From: an uncultured delta proteobacterium
GTDB lineage: Bacteria; Myxococcota_A; Polyangia; Polyangiales; Polyangiaceae
DNA length: 64,000 bases
Assembly (NCBI GenBank): GCA_963806225.1
Contig: CAWDXG010000004.1
Span: forward strand, 224,001 to 288,000
Reading direction: 5' to 3'
Part shown: positions 48,826 through 58,372 of the stretch, piece by piece
Layout: each line of letters begins with the position of its first letter
How positions within the stretch are numbered: position 1 is the stretch's first letter
Program-made: the position numbers and the translations under genes
Notes under the pieces: model-generated
What the model was told of the DNA's origin: nothing
Databases searched by the model: none
Seen by the model: only the letters and a program-made list of their open reading frames with translations

Positions 48826-50409
48826 CTAGCGCCGGCGCCGGAACGCGAACAGTCCGATCGCTCCGAGCAGTGCGACAAGCGCTCCCCAGGGCGTACCGTC
48901 AGGGTCCGAGACCCGGCAGCCGCAGCCGCTGCTCGCACCGCTGGTCGAGCCGCGCGAGACGCCGCCCGAGCCCCCGCCGTCCGGATTGCTGCCGCCGCCG
49001 GAGCTGCTCGCCGCGCTGCCCGCGACGCCGCCCTCGAAGGTGAAACCGCCACCGCTGCCTCCGGCGCCCCCCGCCGCGCCGCCGTCGCCGGCCTGGCACT
49101 TGCCTTGAACACACGCCCCCCCGCCAGGGCAGCTCGCGCCGGCGCAGTCGTCGACGCACTGCCCGCTTTCGCAGTGGGTCCCCGCGGCGCAGTTCTTGTT
49201 CACGCACGTCTTGTCCACGCACAGCTTGCTCGCGCTGTCGCAGACCTTGCTCCCCTTGCAGCCTTCGCAGCTGCAGTCGGCCGTGCACACGCCCAGGTGG
49301 CAGACGTAGCCCTGGTCGCAGGTGATCGCGTCACACGGATCGATGCAGGCACCGGCCTGGCACACCTCGCCGTAGGGACAAGTGATGCCGTCACAGGCTG
49401 CGTGACAGGTGCCGTTCTTGCAGATCTCGCCGCTCTTGCAGACGACGCTCTCGCACGCCGAGTCGACGCACAGTCCGCTAGTGTTGCAGACCAGGCCCCC
49501 GGGGCACTGGAACTCGCCGCTGCCGCACTTCGGGACGCATTTCCCGCGATCGCAGACCTTGCCAACCGGACACAGATCGCCTTCGTCCACCTGTCCGTCG
49601 CAGTTGTCGTCGAGGGCGTTGCAGCTCTCCGTACCGGGCTTCGTCACCGGCACGCAGGTGAGCTGGCCCTTCTTGCATTGCATGGTCCCGGCGGCGCACA
49701 CGCCTTTCTGCCCCGTGTCGCAGGGCTGCCCGCCGCCGGTGCAGTGGATGCCGTCGACCCGCACCAGGATGTCCTCGAAGTCGTCGTCACCGCCCTGGTA
49801 CAGGTCCTCCCAGCCGAAATAGAAGGAATTCGGCAGCTTCGTGCTGTTCATGATCAGCACGTGGATGTAGCTGTTCGGACCGGTATTGTCCTCGTTGTAC
49901 TTGGCTTCCGTGTAGTACACGTGCCCGAGCGTGCCCGCCGGGTTGTTCAGGTCGACACAGTTCGGTGGGACCTTGCCTTCGGGAGTCGCCTCGAAGAAAC
50001 CGATGTCGCCGCCCAGGTAGGCCGGGTCGTTTTTCACGTCGAGCACCTTGGAGGTGCCCGGCGGATCGCTGCAGCTGATGAAGATGTGCAGATCCGACAG
50101 CGCCGGCTTCTGCCCTGTCACGTTGTACCAGCCGAACGACGACTGCAGCCCGCTCGGATCCACCGGCGCACCACGCGCTATGAGCGTGAAGGTGAGCCCG
50201 CAGGTCGGCGTAAACGTCTGCGGGGTCGTCGCCGCGTCGGTGAGCGGATTGATCGACTCGCCCTGGGCATTGAGCAGGCTGACCAGGTGGGTCGTCTGGG
50301 GGATCGTCGTACCGTCGGGCTGCTGCAGAGCCTGGGCCGGCGCCGCCGAGAGCAGCGCGGTCATCCCGAGCGCCCCCGCAGCAAGAAGAACACCAAGCTT
50401 CGCTTTCAT
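48826..50409 (-). CDS. DUF4114-like Cys-rich surface protein with MYXO-CTERM-type tail
   Basis: FGWEDLYQGGDDDFED; ESCNALDDNCDGQVDE; C-terminal GCGC, TM, RRRR. Confidence 0.82.
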   Translation of the reverse strand: MKAKLGVLLAAGALGMTALLSAAPAQALQQPDGTTIPQTTHLVSLLNAQGESINPLTDAATTPQTFTPTCGLTFTLIARGAPVDPSGLQSSFGWYNVTGQKPALSDLHIFISCSDPPGTSKVLDVKNDPAYLGGDIGFFEATPEGKVPPNCVDLNNPAGTLGHVYYTEAKYNEDNTGPNSYIHVLIMNSTKLPNSFYFGWEDLYQGGDDDFEDILVRVDGIHCTGGGQPCDTGQKGVCAAGTMQCKKGQLTCVPVTKPGTESCNALDDNCDGQVDEGDLCPVGKVCDRGKCVPKCGSGEFQCPGGLVCNTSGLCVDSACESVVCKSGEICKNGTCHAACDGITCPYGEVCQAGACIDPCDAITCDQGYVCHLGVCTADCSCEGCKGSKVCDSASKLCVDKTCVNKNCAAGTHCESGQCVDDCAGASCPGGGACVQGKCQAGDGGAAGGAGGSGGGFTFEGGVAGSAASSSGGGSNPDGGGSGGVSRGSTSGASSGCGCRVSDPDGTPWGALVALLGAIGLFAFRRRR

Positions 50410-50560
50410 GCCTCCATCCTACGCCCCCGGCCGCGCGCGCGGGTACACCGGCCATGTGGCCGAGAGCGATCAGGGCTGAACGCCGCGCCCAGCCGCGCTA
50501 TACCGCCGCGGCATCCCCGCGCTCGCCGCGGGGCCGCGGCGGCCCGCTGTGCCGCCGTCC

Positions 50561-50632
50561 GGGCGGGTAGCTCAGTGGTAGAGCGCTGGCCTTACAAGCC
50601 GGATGTCGCAGGTTCGAGACCTGTCCCGCCCA
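50561..50632 (+). tRNA. tRNA-Val(TAC)
   Basis: GGGCGGG TAGCTCAGTGGTAGAGC G CTGGC CTTACAA GCCGG ATGTC GCAGG TTCGAGA CCTGT CCCGCCC A. Confidence 0.95.
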
Positions 50633-50699
50633 CGAGAAAAGATGCTGCTTTCGCGATCGGTCGAACGACGCGAACGCGGTTTTGGGATCCCGGGGATCC

Positions 50700-50980
50700 C
50701 ACTCGGCAGTTTCGGCAGCCGTCCTCCGGAGCGACCAGCACGCCCACGGCCATCACGTAGCGCTGATGCGTGGCGTAGGCGCGGTGCCCGGCCAGCCGCA
50801 TGCTCTGCTGCGCGTTGAGTCCGGTTGCGGCGAGCGCCGTTGCGTAGCTCCGCCGGAAGGCAGGGGCCGCACGATACCGGCGCGCCACAGGGCGCGGCGC
50901 AGCGCCTTCGCGTAGCTGCTCTTCTTCTTGCGCTCCCCCGCACGCTCACCCTTCCGGACTGGGAACACCGGGCCGCGCGC
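50700..50980 (-). pseudogene. tyrosine recombinase/integrase C-terminal remnant
   Basis: AFRRSYATALAATGLNAQQSMRLAGHRAYATHQRY (R..LAGH...Y); upstream piece VFPVRKG... lies in another frame; adjacent to the tRNA-Val 3' end. Confidence 0.75.
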
Positions 50981-50989
50981 GGGGCGGTC

Positions 50990-51240
50990 GCGGCTTTGCA
51001 GCCTTCGTCTGCCGGCCGTCGCCAGCGCCCTCGCCCCGCTCCCTCTTCAGCCGCCACTTCCAGTACGCGAGCGTCGCCGCGCTGATCCCGAACTCGGCCG
51101 CGAACTCCTTCGACGTTAGCCCGCTATCCTGCCAGCGCTGGACGCGCTTCTCCCACTCCGCGCGCCCGACCCGCGCCCTCGCTACATCCATGCATCCCGA
51201 CGTAGCCGACCGCCGAGGGCTCGTCAGGAACGCGGGTTAC
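50990..51240 (-). mobile_element. IS66-family left-end remnant with tnpA-like ORF (50946-51191)
   Basis: EWEKRVQRWQDSGLTSKEFAAEFGISAATLAYWKWRL is IS66 TnpA-like; minus strand begins GTAACCCGCG at 51240 (IS66 ends start with GTAA); no tnpB/tnpC. Confidence 0.75.
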
Positions 51241-51431
51241 CGGACGGATACTGTGGTTCCCGTCCTGAGCAGTTTCATGCGGAGGGCTGCGCCGCCGAGC
51301 TGCACGGCGCTGTCCGATCTGATGATCACGCGATCGTAGACCACTCTCCGAGCTGGCAGCCGGACGCCCGACGTCAACACCATGATGCCGGCGACGACGG
51401 ACGAGTGCGTGTTGGCATCTCCCCCCATAGA

Positions 51432-51597
51432 AGCAAATCCAACCGCACCGCCGAAGTGTACGCCTGGCCGCACAGCCGGGACAGTGGAGCGGGGGTCAAC
51501 GGCGCGGATCGGCGCGGACAGGCTGGTGGAAGGGCGTAACCACCGGGAATCAGTGGACACAACGCCCAGACTGCGAAGTCGTCCCCGGGCTATGCTG
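51432..51597. repeat. ~170-bp dispersed repeat, copy 1
   Basis: Core ccgaagtgtacgcctgg...gtccccgggctatgctg nearly identical to copies 2 and 3; left ~20 bp diverged. Confidence 0.95.
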
Positions 51598-51641
51598 AAA
51601 TTCAGCGCGAGGTAGCCGAGGTACGAATGCCTCCGCGACGC

Positions 51642-52430
51642 CTACCGGCCCCCGCAGCTATCGCCGCCGAGGCGGAGCACGAGCTCGGCCCTCGAGGCTA
51701 CGCGCAGCTTGCGGAAGATCGCTTCGAGCTGGTTGCCGATGGTCTTCGGGCTCGTGCCCCGGCGCCAGGCGATCTCGCGGCTTGTCAGCCCTACATACGC
51801 GGCCCGCGCCACCTCCTGCTCGGCTGGAGTGAGACAACGAGGCAGGCAAGGCGCCGGAGCGGGAAGCTCCACCTGGATCATAGCGGGATCGTGTGCGTAC
51901 ACCGCGGCTCGCTTCGGTAGCTGCAAGTGCGGGTCCAGAGCACTCTCCGGTGCCGTCCCGCGTATGTCGCCGAAGAGGCGGACCAGCTCCAGTCGGTTTT
52001 GCAGCCCCAGCTTCCGGAGGCTCCGGTGCACCAGCGACGAGACCGTCCCCAGTGCGAGCCCCAGCAGGTACGCGATCTCCTTGTCGCTGTGCGCGTGGGA
52101 TGCAAGCCGGGCTATGCGCCGCTCGATCGCCGTCAGACCAGCGGGTATCTCTCCCGGCAGAGCCCGTCGAAGCGAGAGGCAGCGACCGCTTTCGCACGGC
52201 GTCGAGGCGACGACCAGGCCGTCGCAAAGGAACCGGCGCCAGCGTTCGACCGCATCGCGGCGGCCCAGCAGCCTGTGTTGCCGCGGCAGGATGTCGGGCG
52301 ATGCAGGGTGCCGGAATCGCCCGGCTCCCGTGTCGGGGCGAGGCTCTACGACGCGGAAGTGCGGCAATCCTGGTGTCTGGGCGTGCGGGCTGACACCTGG
52401 TTCCCCATACGATGCGTAGTCGTCCTGCAT
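51642..52430 (-). CDS. regulator with two LuxR-type HTH domains
   Basis: LTAIERRIA...SDKEIAYLLG and LTPAEQEVA...SREIA...SPKTI. Confidence 0.85.
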   Translation of the reverse strand: MQDDYASYGEPGVSPHAQTPGLPHFRVVEPRPDTGAGRFRHPASPDILPRQHRLLGRRDAVERWRRFLCDGLVVASTPCESGRCLSLRRALPGEIPAGLTAIERRIARLASHAHSDKEIAYLLGLALGTVSSLVHRSLRKLGLQNRLELVRLFGDIRGTAPESALDPHLQLPKRAAVYAHDPAMIQVELPAPAPCLPRCLTPAEQEVARAAYVGLTSREIAWRRGTSPKTIGNQLEAIFRKLRVASRAELVLRLGGDSCGGR

Positions 52431-52463
52431 GGTCCGATTGTCGCGGTCGGAACAAGCGCAGAA

Positions 52464-52482
52464 CATCCCACGAACGTGCTAC
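52464..52482 (-). promoter_or_regulatory. 19-bp box GTAGCACGTTCGTGGGATG, copy 1
   Basis: Exact inverted copy of 53632-53650; upstream of a LuxR-HTH gene. Confidence 0.7.
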
Positions 52483-52527
52483 GCTCATCGGTCGTGACGG
52501 CTCGGAGGACCGGGAATGGAGGGTGAC

Positions 52528-53589
52528 ATGGGTGCAGCCCAGTGCGCCCCGCGTACCGGGACATCCGTGCGGAAAGAACAGGCGGTCCTGGACCTCGGCA
52601 CTTCGAGATGGGGCCTGGAACGCACCGTCGCACTAGGCCCTCGATATCTCGAGGCGATCGAGCGGTGCATTGCCGACATGGCGGCCGCAGTCGGTGGTGA
52701 CGGATGCCTGGCCGTCCAGCTCGCGGTCGCGGCTCCCAGGCCGGTCGTGACGGCCTTCATTCGCGCTGGAGAATCAGTAGGGCTCGAATTCCCGCAGCGC
52801 GCTGTGGTGGGACGGGACGTCAAGCCGATGCGGAGCTGGGAGCCGGACCTTCCCGACCGGTACGAGCGCTCGCACACCGTCACGTTCCGCTACCGCAAGC
52901 GGCCCGCACACCCCCAGGACCAGTACGTGCTCGCGCATGATCTCCTGCCGCGGGGCATTCACGATCATGCGCGCCGCTTGCTCTACGACGGCCGGCGTTT
53001 TCTCGGCGGGGTGTCGGTCGAGCGAGCCATCGACCGTCCGCTGTTCGAGCCGCCCGATCTTGCTCGCCTCGACGCCGTCGCGAACGCGCACATCCCGAAG
53101 CTGGCGGCCGCGGTCGCCCTCGACAGCGAGCTGGCCGGCCATACCTGCGCCATGCTCTTCGACCCCCTCGGTCATTGCGAGCACAGCTCGGCGTCGGCAG
53201 CGCGCTGGGCCACTCCCGCGCATCGACGGGCGTTGTCCGAGGCGGTCCGGCAGCTCGATATCGCCGGAGAAACGCGGGCGGCCTTGTTCGTCGGAGAGAC
53301 GGTCGCCCGCATCGTTCGTGTGAGCCGCGAAGGACAGAGCCGCTACGTCGTCACACTCAGGCCGACCGTGTTTCCCCTCATGCATCCTGCGGCGGACCTC
53401 TCCGCACGCCAGCGCCGTATCGCCCGCTATGCTGCCGGCGGCGTCACAATCGCCGAGATTGCGGACGCGCTCGGCCTATCACCGAACACCGTCCGCGAGC
53501 ACCTGCGCCGCGCCTATCGTGTTCTTGGCGTGCACAACCGGGTCGAGCTGAACCGGGCCCTCGATGGGCTTCCGGGGGACGACCCCTGA
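52528..53589 (+). CDS. LuxR-family regulator with N-terminal sensor (GAF-like) region
   Basis: GGAGG RBS; C-terminal LSARQRRIA...[19 protein letters not shown]; paralogue of 54209-55279. Confidence 0.88.
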   Translation: MGAAQCAPRTGTSVRKEQAVLDLGTSRWGLERTVALGPRYLEAIERCIADMAAAVGGDGCLAVQLAVAAPRPVVTAFIRAGESVGLEFPQRAVVGRDVKPMRSWEPDLPDRYERSHTVTFRYRKRPAHPQDQYVLAHDLLPRGIHDHARRLLYDGRRFLGGVSVERAIDRPLFEPPDLARLDAVANAHIPKLAAAVALDSELAGHTCAMLFDPLGHCEHSSASAARWATPAHRRALSEAVRQLDIAGETRAALFVGETVARIVRVSREGQSRYVVTLRPTVFPLMHPAADLSARQRRIARYAAGGVTIAEIADALGLSPNTVREHLRRAYRVLGVHNRVELNRALDGLPGDDP

Positions 53590-53631
53590 GCCACGGAAGC
53601 GAGCGCCGTCAGTGGGCCGCCGCCGTGGGCA

Positions 53632-53650
53632 GTAGCACGTTCGTGGGATG
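53632..53650 (+). promoter_or_regulatory. 19-bp box GTAGCACGTTCGTGGGATG, copy 2
   Basis: Identical to the reverse complement of 52464-52482. Confidence 0.7.
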
Positions 53651-53699
53651 GACATTTCCGGGGCTTCTGGAGATTCTGAATCCCTCCCCCAGCGCGACC

Positions 53700-54209
53700 A
53701 TGACCCGATCGAGCTCCCGCCGTCCCGGACGCTCCCTCGACCCGGCGAGGAGTCCCGAGCAACACGTGGGCGTGCCTCCCGAAGTCGCGCGGCGCTCCGC
53801 GCGTCAGCGGCAGACGACGACGGGGCGTTCCGGAGCCGAGCCCACGGATCCGGCCCAGCTGCAGGGCGCGGTCTCCGAGCCGACCTTCGGCCTCTGGTCG
53901 AGCCACACGGGCGAGTGGTGGCTCGCGGACGGATACCAGGCGCCTCCGGTGGAAGATCCGACCACCCTGGAGGGAGCGTTCGAGCTCGACGACGACCTCT
54001 GGGTCGTGCCCCTGGTTCGCCGGTCTCGCTCACTCACGGAGCGCGAAGCGGATGTGGCTCGCCTCGTGGTTCAAGGTCTCACCGATCGCGAGGTGGCCTC
54101 CGAGCTCGGAATGAGCCCTCACACGGTGCGTGCCCACCTGAAGAACATCTTCGAGCGACTCCGGTGCGCCAGCCGTGTCGAGCTGGTGAACTTCTGGGAG
54201 GAGCGCTGA
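53700..54209 (+). CDS. LuxR-type HTH protein
   Basis: [40 protein letters not shown]. Confidence 0.85.
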   Translation: MTRSSSRRPGRSLDPARSPEQHVGVPPEVARRSARQRQTTTGRSGAEPTDPAQLQGAVSEPTFGLWSSHTGEWWLADGYQAPPVEDPTTLEGAFELDDDLWVVPLVRRSRSLTEREADVARLVVQGLTDREVASELGMSPHTVRAHLKNIFERLRCASRVELVNFWEER

Positions 54210-55279
54210 TGCGAGAGCAGATGATTGCAGGCGGTGAGTCAGCAGCCTCCAGCGACCGGCCGTCGGCCGAGACCGATGCGCTCGAGGTCGGGAAGAGCCG
54301 TTGGCGGCTCGAGCGCAGCTCCGCCACGGGCGAGCGCTACCGGCATACCCTGGAGAGCTGCATGGCAGCGATGGCCAGCGCGGTCGGCGCCGATGGCTGC
54401 ATGGGCTTCCAGCTGGCCGCGGCAGCGCGCCGACCCGTGACGACAGCGCTCATCCGGGGAGGCGAGTCCGCCCACCTGGACTTCCTCAGGGGGACGGTGA
54501 TCGGTCGCGATCCCAAGCCGACGCGCAGTTGGGAGCCCGACCTTCCCGACCCGTACGAGCACAGCCACACCGTCACCTACCGGCACCGGCTGCGCCCTCC
54601 CCACCCGCACGACTACGAGGCATTCCGCGACAAGCTGCTCGCCCACGGCCTCCACGACCACGCCCGCCGGCTGCTCTATGACGGGCGCCGGTTTCTGGGA
54701 GCCGTCACGGTGGAGCGAACCATGGACCGGCCGCTCTTCACGCGCTCCGAGCTCGCGCGCCTGGACGAGGTCGCGAACGGTTGGATCCCCAGGATCGCCG
54801 CTGCCGAGGCGCTCGACGCCGGGCTTGCCCGGACGACGTGCGCCATGCTCTTCGGTCCCGGTGGCCGCTGTCTGCACGTCTCGCCGCTGGCAGGCGCCTG
54901 GGCCACGCGGAGCCGCCGCAAGCGCCTCGCGGACGAGGTCATCGGACTCGACCGAAGCCGTGAAGAGTCGCGCACGCTCTTCATCGGAGGCACCGTCGCG
55001 CGCATCGTGCGGGTGCTACGCGGCGGCCAGAGCCGCTACCTCGCGACGCTCCGCCCCACGGTGTTGCCCCTGATGCATCCCGCCGCTGACCTGTCGGAAC
55101 GGCAACGGCAAGTGGCTCACTACGCCGCGTGCGGCGCGACGCTGAGCGAGATCGCCTCGAGCCTCGCGCTCTCTCCCCACACGGTGCGACAGCATCTCCG
55201 CCGCGCCTACGGGGCGCTGGGCGTGCACAACCGCGCGCAGCTCGCCCGGGCGATGGAGTGGGTTCCCGACGTAACCTGA
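54209..55279 (+). CDS. LuxR-family regulator with N-terminal sensor region
   Basis: TGATG coupling to the upstream gene; shares [24 protein letters not shown] and [10 protein letters not shown] with 52528-53589. Confidence 0.88.
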   Translation: MREQMIAGGESAASSDRPSAETDALEVGKSRWRLERSSATGERYRHTLESCMAAMASAVGADGCMGFQLAAAARRPVTTALIRGGESAHLDFLRGTVIGRDPKPTRSWEPDLPDPYEHSHTVTYRHRLRPPHPHDYEAFRDKLLAHGLHDHARRLLYDGRRFLGAVTVERTMDRPLFTRSELARLDEVANGWIPRIAAAEALDAGLARTTCAMLFGPGGRCLHVSPLAGAWATRSRRKRLADEVIGLDRSREESRTLFIGGTVARIVRVLRGGQSRYLATLRPTVLPLMHPAADLSERQRQVAHYAACGATLSEIASSLALSPHTVRQHLRRAYGALGVHNRAQLARAMEWVPDVT

Positions 55280-55331
55280 CCGTTTCGCTTCGTGCTACGG
55301 GCGCCAACCCCCGCGGGAGCGACGGGGCAGC

Positions 55332-55502
55332 AGGGCCAGGAAGTCCAACCCCATTCCCGAAGTGTACGCCTGGCGGCAGAGCCGGGACAGTGGAGCGGGG
55401 GTCAACGGCGCGGATCGGCGCGGACAGGCTGGTGGAAGGGCGTAACCACCGGGAATCAGTGGACATAACGCCAGACTGCGAAGTCGTCCCCGGGCTATGC
55501 TG
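55332..55502. repeat. ~170-bp dispersed repeat, copy 2
   Basis: agggccaggaagtccaacc...gggctatgctg. Confidence 0.95.
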
Positions 55503-55661
55503 GACTCCCGCCGAGGCCACGACGACCACGCCGAACACCGCCAGTGCCCAGCGCAGGACCGCCACGCCATTCGACCGTTTCGCGCCTCCCCTCATGCCTC
55601 GCCACGCATGGTGTGCACGACCGGCACCAACGCGAAAGCCCTGCCAGGGCACGGGCGTCGC

Positions 55662-55729
55662 GCCCCGACACATGAGGCCTGGGTCCGACCGCAAGCGTGC
55701 GAACGCTTTGCGGACGTACAGACTTGCTC
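55662..55729 (+). repeat. 68-bp direct repeat A (left)
   Basis: gccccgacacatgaggcc...cagacttgctc recurs at 59626-59693 with 3 substitutions. Confidence 0.9.
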
Positions 55730-55791
55730 CAGCGGTTGGACTCGAACCAACGACCCGGCGGTTAACAGCCGCCTGCTCTACCAACTGCTGG
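55727..55791 (-). pseudogene. tRNA-Asn(GTT) with damaged 5' end
   Basis: Reverse complement CCAGC AGTTGGTAGAGC A GGCGG CTGTTAA CCGCC GGGTC GTTGG TTCGAGT CCAAC CGCTGGA G; the 5' D-stem strand is missing. Confidence 0.85.
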
Positions 55792-55834
55792 GTTGCCCCC
55801 ACCGTTCCGTGCTCGGCCCTCTGGGCCTGCGCGC
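55792..55834 (+). repeat. R element copy 1
   Basis: GTTGCCCCCACCGTTCCGTGCTCGGCCCTCTGGGCCTGCGCGC, also at 56263 and 58769. Confidence 0.9.
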
Positions 55835-55973
55835 GGCCAGGCTCGGCCGGGCGGCGCACGCTGCGCGCCACGCCCCGCACTCCACGGCGCTTCTGCCCAC
55901 GTGGGCGTGTCACGCATCCAGCGCCAGCGGGGCTTGCAGCCCGGCCGCTCAACGCCCGGGCCGAGGAGGTCTC

Positions 55974-56258
55974 ATGCATCATCGCTCCAGCGTCCCGCCG
56001 CACATGGCGCTTCACGCGCGTCAGCTCCGCTCGCACCTCACCGACACCGAGCAGCTGCTCTGGGCCGGACTTCGCGGCGGCCGGCTCGGCGTGTACTTCC
56101 GCCGTCGGGTACCCATCGGTCGCTTCATCGTGGATTTCCTCGCGCCCTCCGCCCGCCTCGTCGTGGAAGTCGACGGCGGCTATCACGCGTCGCGCCGCAC
56201 CGCGGACGCGCGCCGGGACGAGAAGCTCGCGCGCCTGGGCTATCGCGTCCTCCGCATC
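55974..56258 (+). pseudogene. DUF559 (Vsr-like) endonuclease copy 1, truncated by the R element
   Basis: Near-identical to 59161-59514 up to LRI, then switches to the R element. Confidence 0.85.
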
Positions 56259-56262
56259 TCTT

Positions 56263-56331
56263 GTTGCCCCCACCGTTCCGTGCTCGGCCCTCCGGGCCTG
56301 CGCGCGTCCTGCCTCCCCCAACGCGTCGGGC
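56263..56331 (+). repeat. R element copy 2
   Basis: Shares a longer extension (gtcctgcctcccccaa..gcgtcgggc) with copy 3. Confidence 0.9.
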
Positions 56332-56791
56332 CGCAGCCCTCGGACAGTATAGCCGTCCTCCGTGCACTGGAACGTGGTCGCCTCCTGCCGCGCGTCGGCC
56401 ACGCTCTGTGGGCAGTTTCGCGTCTGGCAGTAGCAGTCGAGTGCCGTGTACGCGGTCGTGTGGGTCGAGTCCACGATCCACGACGTAGCTGCACTTGTCC
56501 GGCGGCTGGCACGCCGGAGGCCAAGCCTCCGGCGACGACGGCACGGCGGTGGCGCGCCTGCAGAGCACCCGGGCGATCCTGCGGCGGCCGCGGCGCCTAC
56601 GTGCAGCGGATGCGATATCTCGGGGAATTCCGCACCGAGCGCGCAGAATATGCGACCTCGCCGGCTGGGTCATCGACGACGCGGAGAATCCCGGACCTCG
56701 TTTGCGGCACGGAAACTGCACCGTGGTTTGGGGGGTGGCTGCACATCCACGCGCGGCAACGGCGGAGAACACGGATAAGTCAGGAAGAAAT

Positions 56792-57631
56792 ATGCAACCG
56801 ACGGCCACCGAGCACGTAGGTACCGCGCAAGCGCCTTCCCTGAACAAGTTGTTGGCGCAAACCCGGCACCTCGATGAGTTGGTGAACGACTGCGCGCAAG
56901 CGCTGGCGTCGATCAACGTGACACTCCGGCGAGAGTTGGTCGGTTCGAACGGGCTCCCCGCGCTGGAAAGCGCCCTCGATGAAAGCGAGGCCGTCGAGCG
57001 GAGAATGCAGGACGCTTCCCGGGAACTCTCGGCGTTGGGACGTGCCTTGGAGAGTGAGTTGAGGGGACGCATCATGGTCGACCACCAGCTGGCGGCGGCC
57101 ATCGAACAGGAGGAGGGTGGCCGTCAAGCGGCGTTTCATGATGTGTTGACCGGGCTACCTAATCGCGCGCTCTTCCAGGATCGGCTGGAGCATGCGCTCG
57201 CGCAGGCAGAACGGCATGACCGGGCGCTGGCCGTCATGTTCGTGGATCTGGATGACTTCAAGATCATCAACGATTCCCATGGACATGACGCTGGCGACGG
57301 CGTCCTGCAGGCGGTTGCGCAGCGCCTCCAGAACAACGCCCGTGGCGAAGACACGGTCAGTCGTCATGGGGGCGACGAATTCTTGTGCCTGCTCACCGAG
57401 GTCCGCGACAGGACCGCCATTGTCGCAATCGCAAAGAAACTCATCCTGGCGGTGCAAGCCCCCTGCAATCTCCGCATCGGTGACCTCGATCTCAGTCCAA
57501 GGATCAAGGCAAGCATTGGAATTTCGGTCTTTCCGGAAGACGGCGCCACGGCCGAAGCGCTGGTCAGGAGTGCGGACGAAGCGATGTACCGGGCCAAACG
57601 TGCCAAGTCCCAGTATTCATTTGCAAGCTAG
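56792..57631 (+). CDS. diguanylate cyclase (GGDEF)
   Basis: HDVLTGLPNR, DLDDFK.INDSHGH..GD, RHGGDEF, ADEAMYRAK. Confidence 0.93.
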   Translation: MQPTATEHVGTAQAPSLNKLLAQTRHLDELVNDCAQALASINVTLRRELVGSNGLPALESALDESEAVERRMQDASRELSALGRALESELRGRIMVDHQLAAAIEQEEGGRQAAFHDVLTGLPNRALFQDRLEHALAQAERHDRALAVMFVDLDDFKIINDSHGHDAGDGVLQAVAQRLQNNARGEDTVSRHGGDEFLCLLTEVRDRTAIVAIAKKLILAVQAPCNLRIGDLDLSPRIKASIGISVFPEDGATAEALVRSADEAMYRAKRAKSQYSFAS

Positions 57632-57664
57632 CAACCCGATTCATCGGAGAACAGTGACAGGAAC

Positions 57665-58372
57665 ATGCTCCACGAATTTCTAGGATCGAACTACGACGAG
57701 TTAGTCGGTATTTGCAGGAACAAGGTGTTGAAAAGGAGCGGGTCCGAGGCGCCTCCCATCAAGATCGATGAAGGCATACCTCTATTCATCAAGCAACTCA
57801 CCGAGACACTTCGTCGCGAAGAAGCATCACCCGAGGCGGATCTCGAGGGCGTTGATGGCACGCTGGCGTCCACGGAGATCGGCCGCTCCGCGTCCCTTCA
57901 CGGCACCGAATTGCTGCGCCTCGGATTCACCGTCGACCAGGTCGTCCACGACTATGGAGATGTCTGCCAAGCCGTCACCCAGTTGGCTTTGGACCGGGGC
58001 ACGTCCCTGAGCACCGAGGAATTCCGCACCTTGAACCGCTGCCTCGACAACGCGATCGCAGATGCCGTCACGGCGTTTGCTCAAGGTCACTCGCAATCGA
58101 AGGACGGCGAGAATGCTTCAATGCGGGAGCGGGTGGCCGCGTTCTCGGACGAGCATCGGCGTTTGACCGAGATCGCGATCCAGTCGTTCTCGGCCATCAA
58201 GACGGGCAACATTGGCGCGACCGGCGCGACCGGCGGTCTGCTGCAACATGCCTTGAGCGAGCTAACCTTGCTCGCCGAGCAGATTCTACCCGAGCTCCGC
58301 GCGGCTCCGGCAGTGGAGGAGGTCCCCTCTGCGCCGGCCAAACGGCGCGAGGGCGCCGACAAGCTCCACTGA
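57665..58372 (+). CDS. RsbRD-N-like helical sensor protein without a kinase domain
   Basis: HGTELLRLGFTVDQVVHDYGDVCQAVT...EFRTLNRCLDNAIADAV resembles N-termini of sensor kinases; no HATPase follows. Confidence 0.65.
   Translation: MLHEFLGSNYDELVGICRNKVLKRSGSEAPPIKIDEGIPLFIKQLTETLRREEASPEADLEGVDGTLASTEIGRSASLHGTELLRLGFTVDQVVHDYGDVCQAVTQLALDRGTSLSTEEFRTLNRCLDNAIADAVTAFAQGHSQSKDGENASMRERVAAFSDEHRRLTEIAIQSFSAIKTGNIGATGATGGLLQHALSELTLLAEQILPELRAAPAVEEVPSAPAKRREGADKLH

Noticed and set aside
51432..51597. Known riboswitch or group II intron fragment
   Set aside because: No cobalamin, SAM, c-di-GMP or domain V consensus recognised by eye; an Rfam search is needed.
55332..55505. Canonical integron attC reading of the 170-bp repeat (RYYYAAC = GTCCAAC/ATCCAAC near the left end)
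   Set aside because: The right end is GCTG.. rather than GTTRRRY, the span is longer than typical attC, and the intervals hold multi-gene, mixed-orientation blocks.
56335..56530. Cys-containing minus-strand fragment (ALDCYCQTRNCPQSV)
   Set aside because: Possibly a decayed lipoprotein gene cut by R copy 2, but there is no start or consistent frame to support a call.
55497..56819. 440-aa DUF559-containing ORF as one real protein
   Set aside because: It spans the antisense tRNA and R elements; only 55974-56258 matches the intact paralogue.
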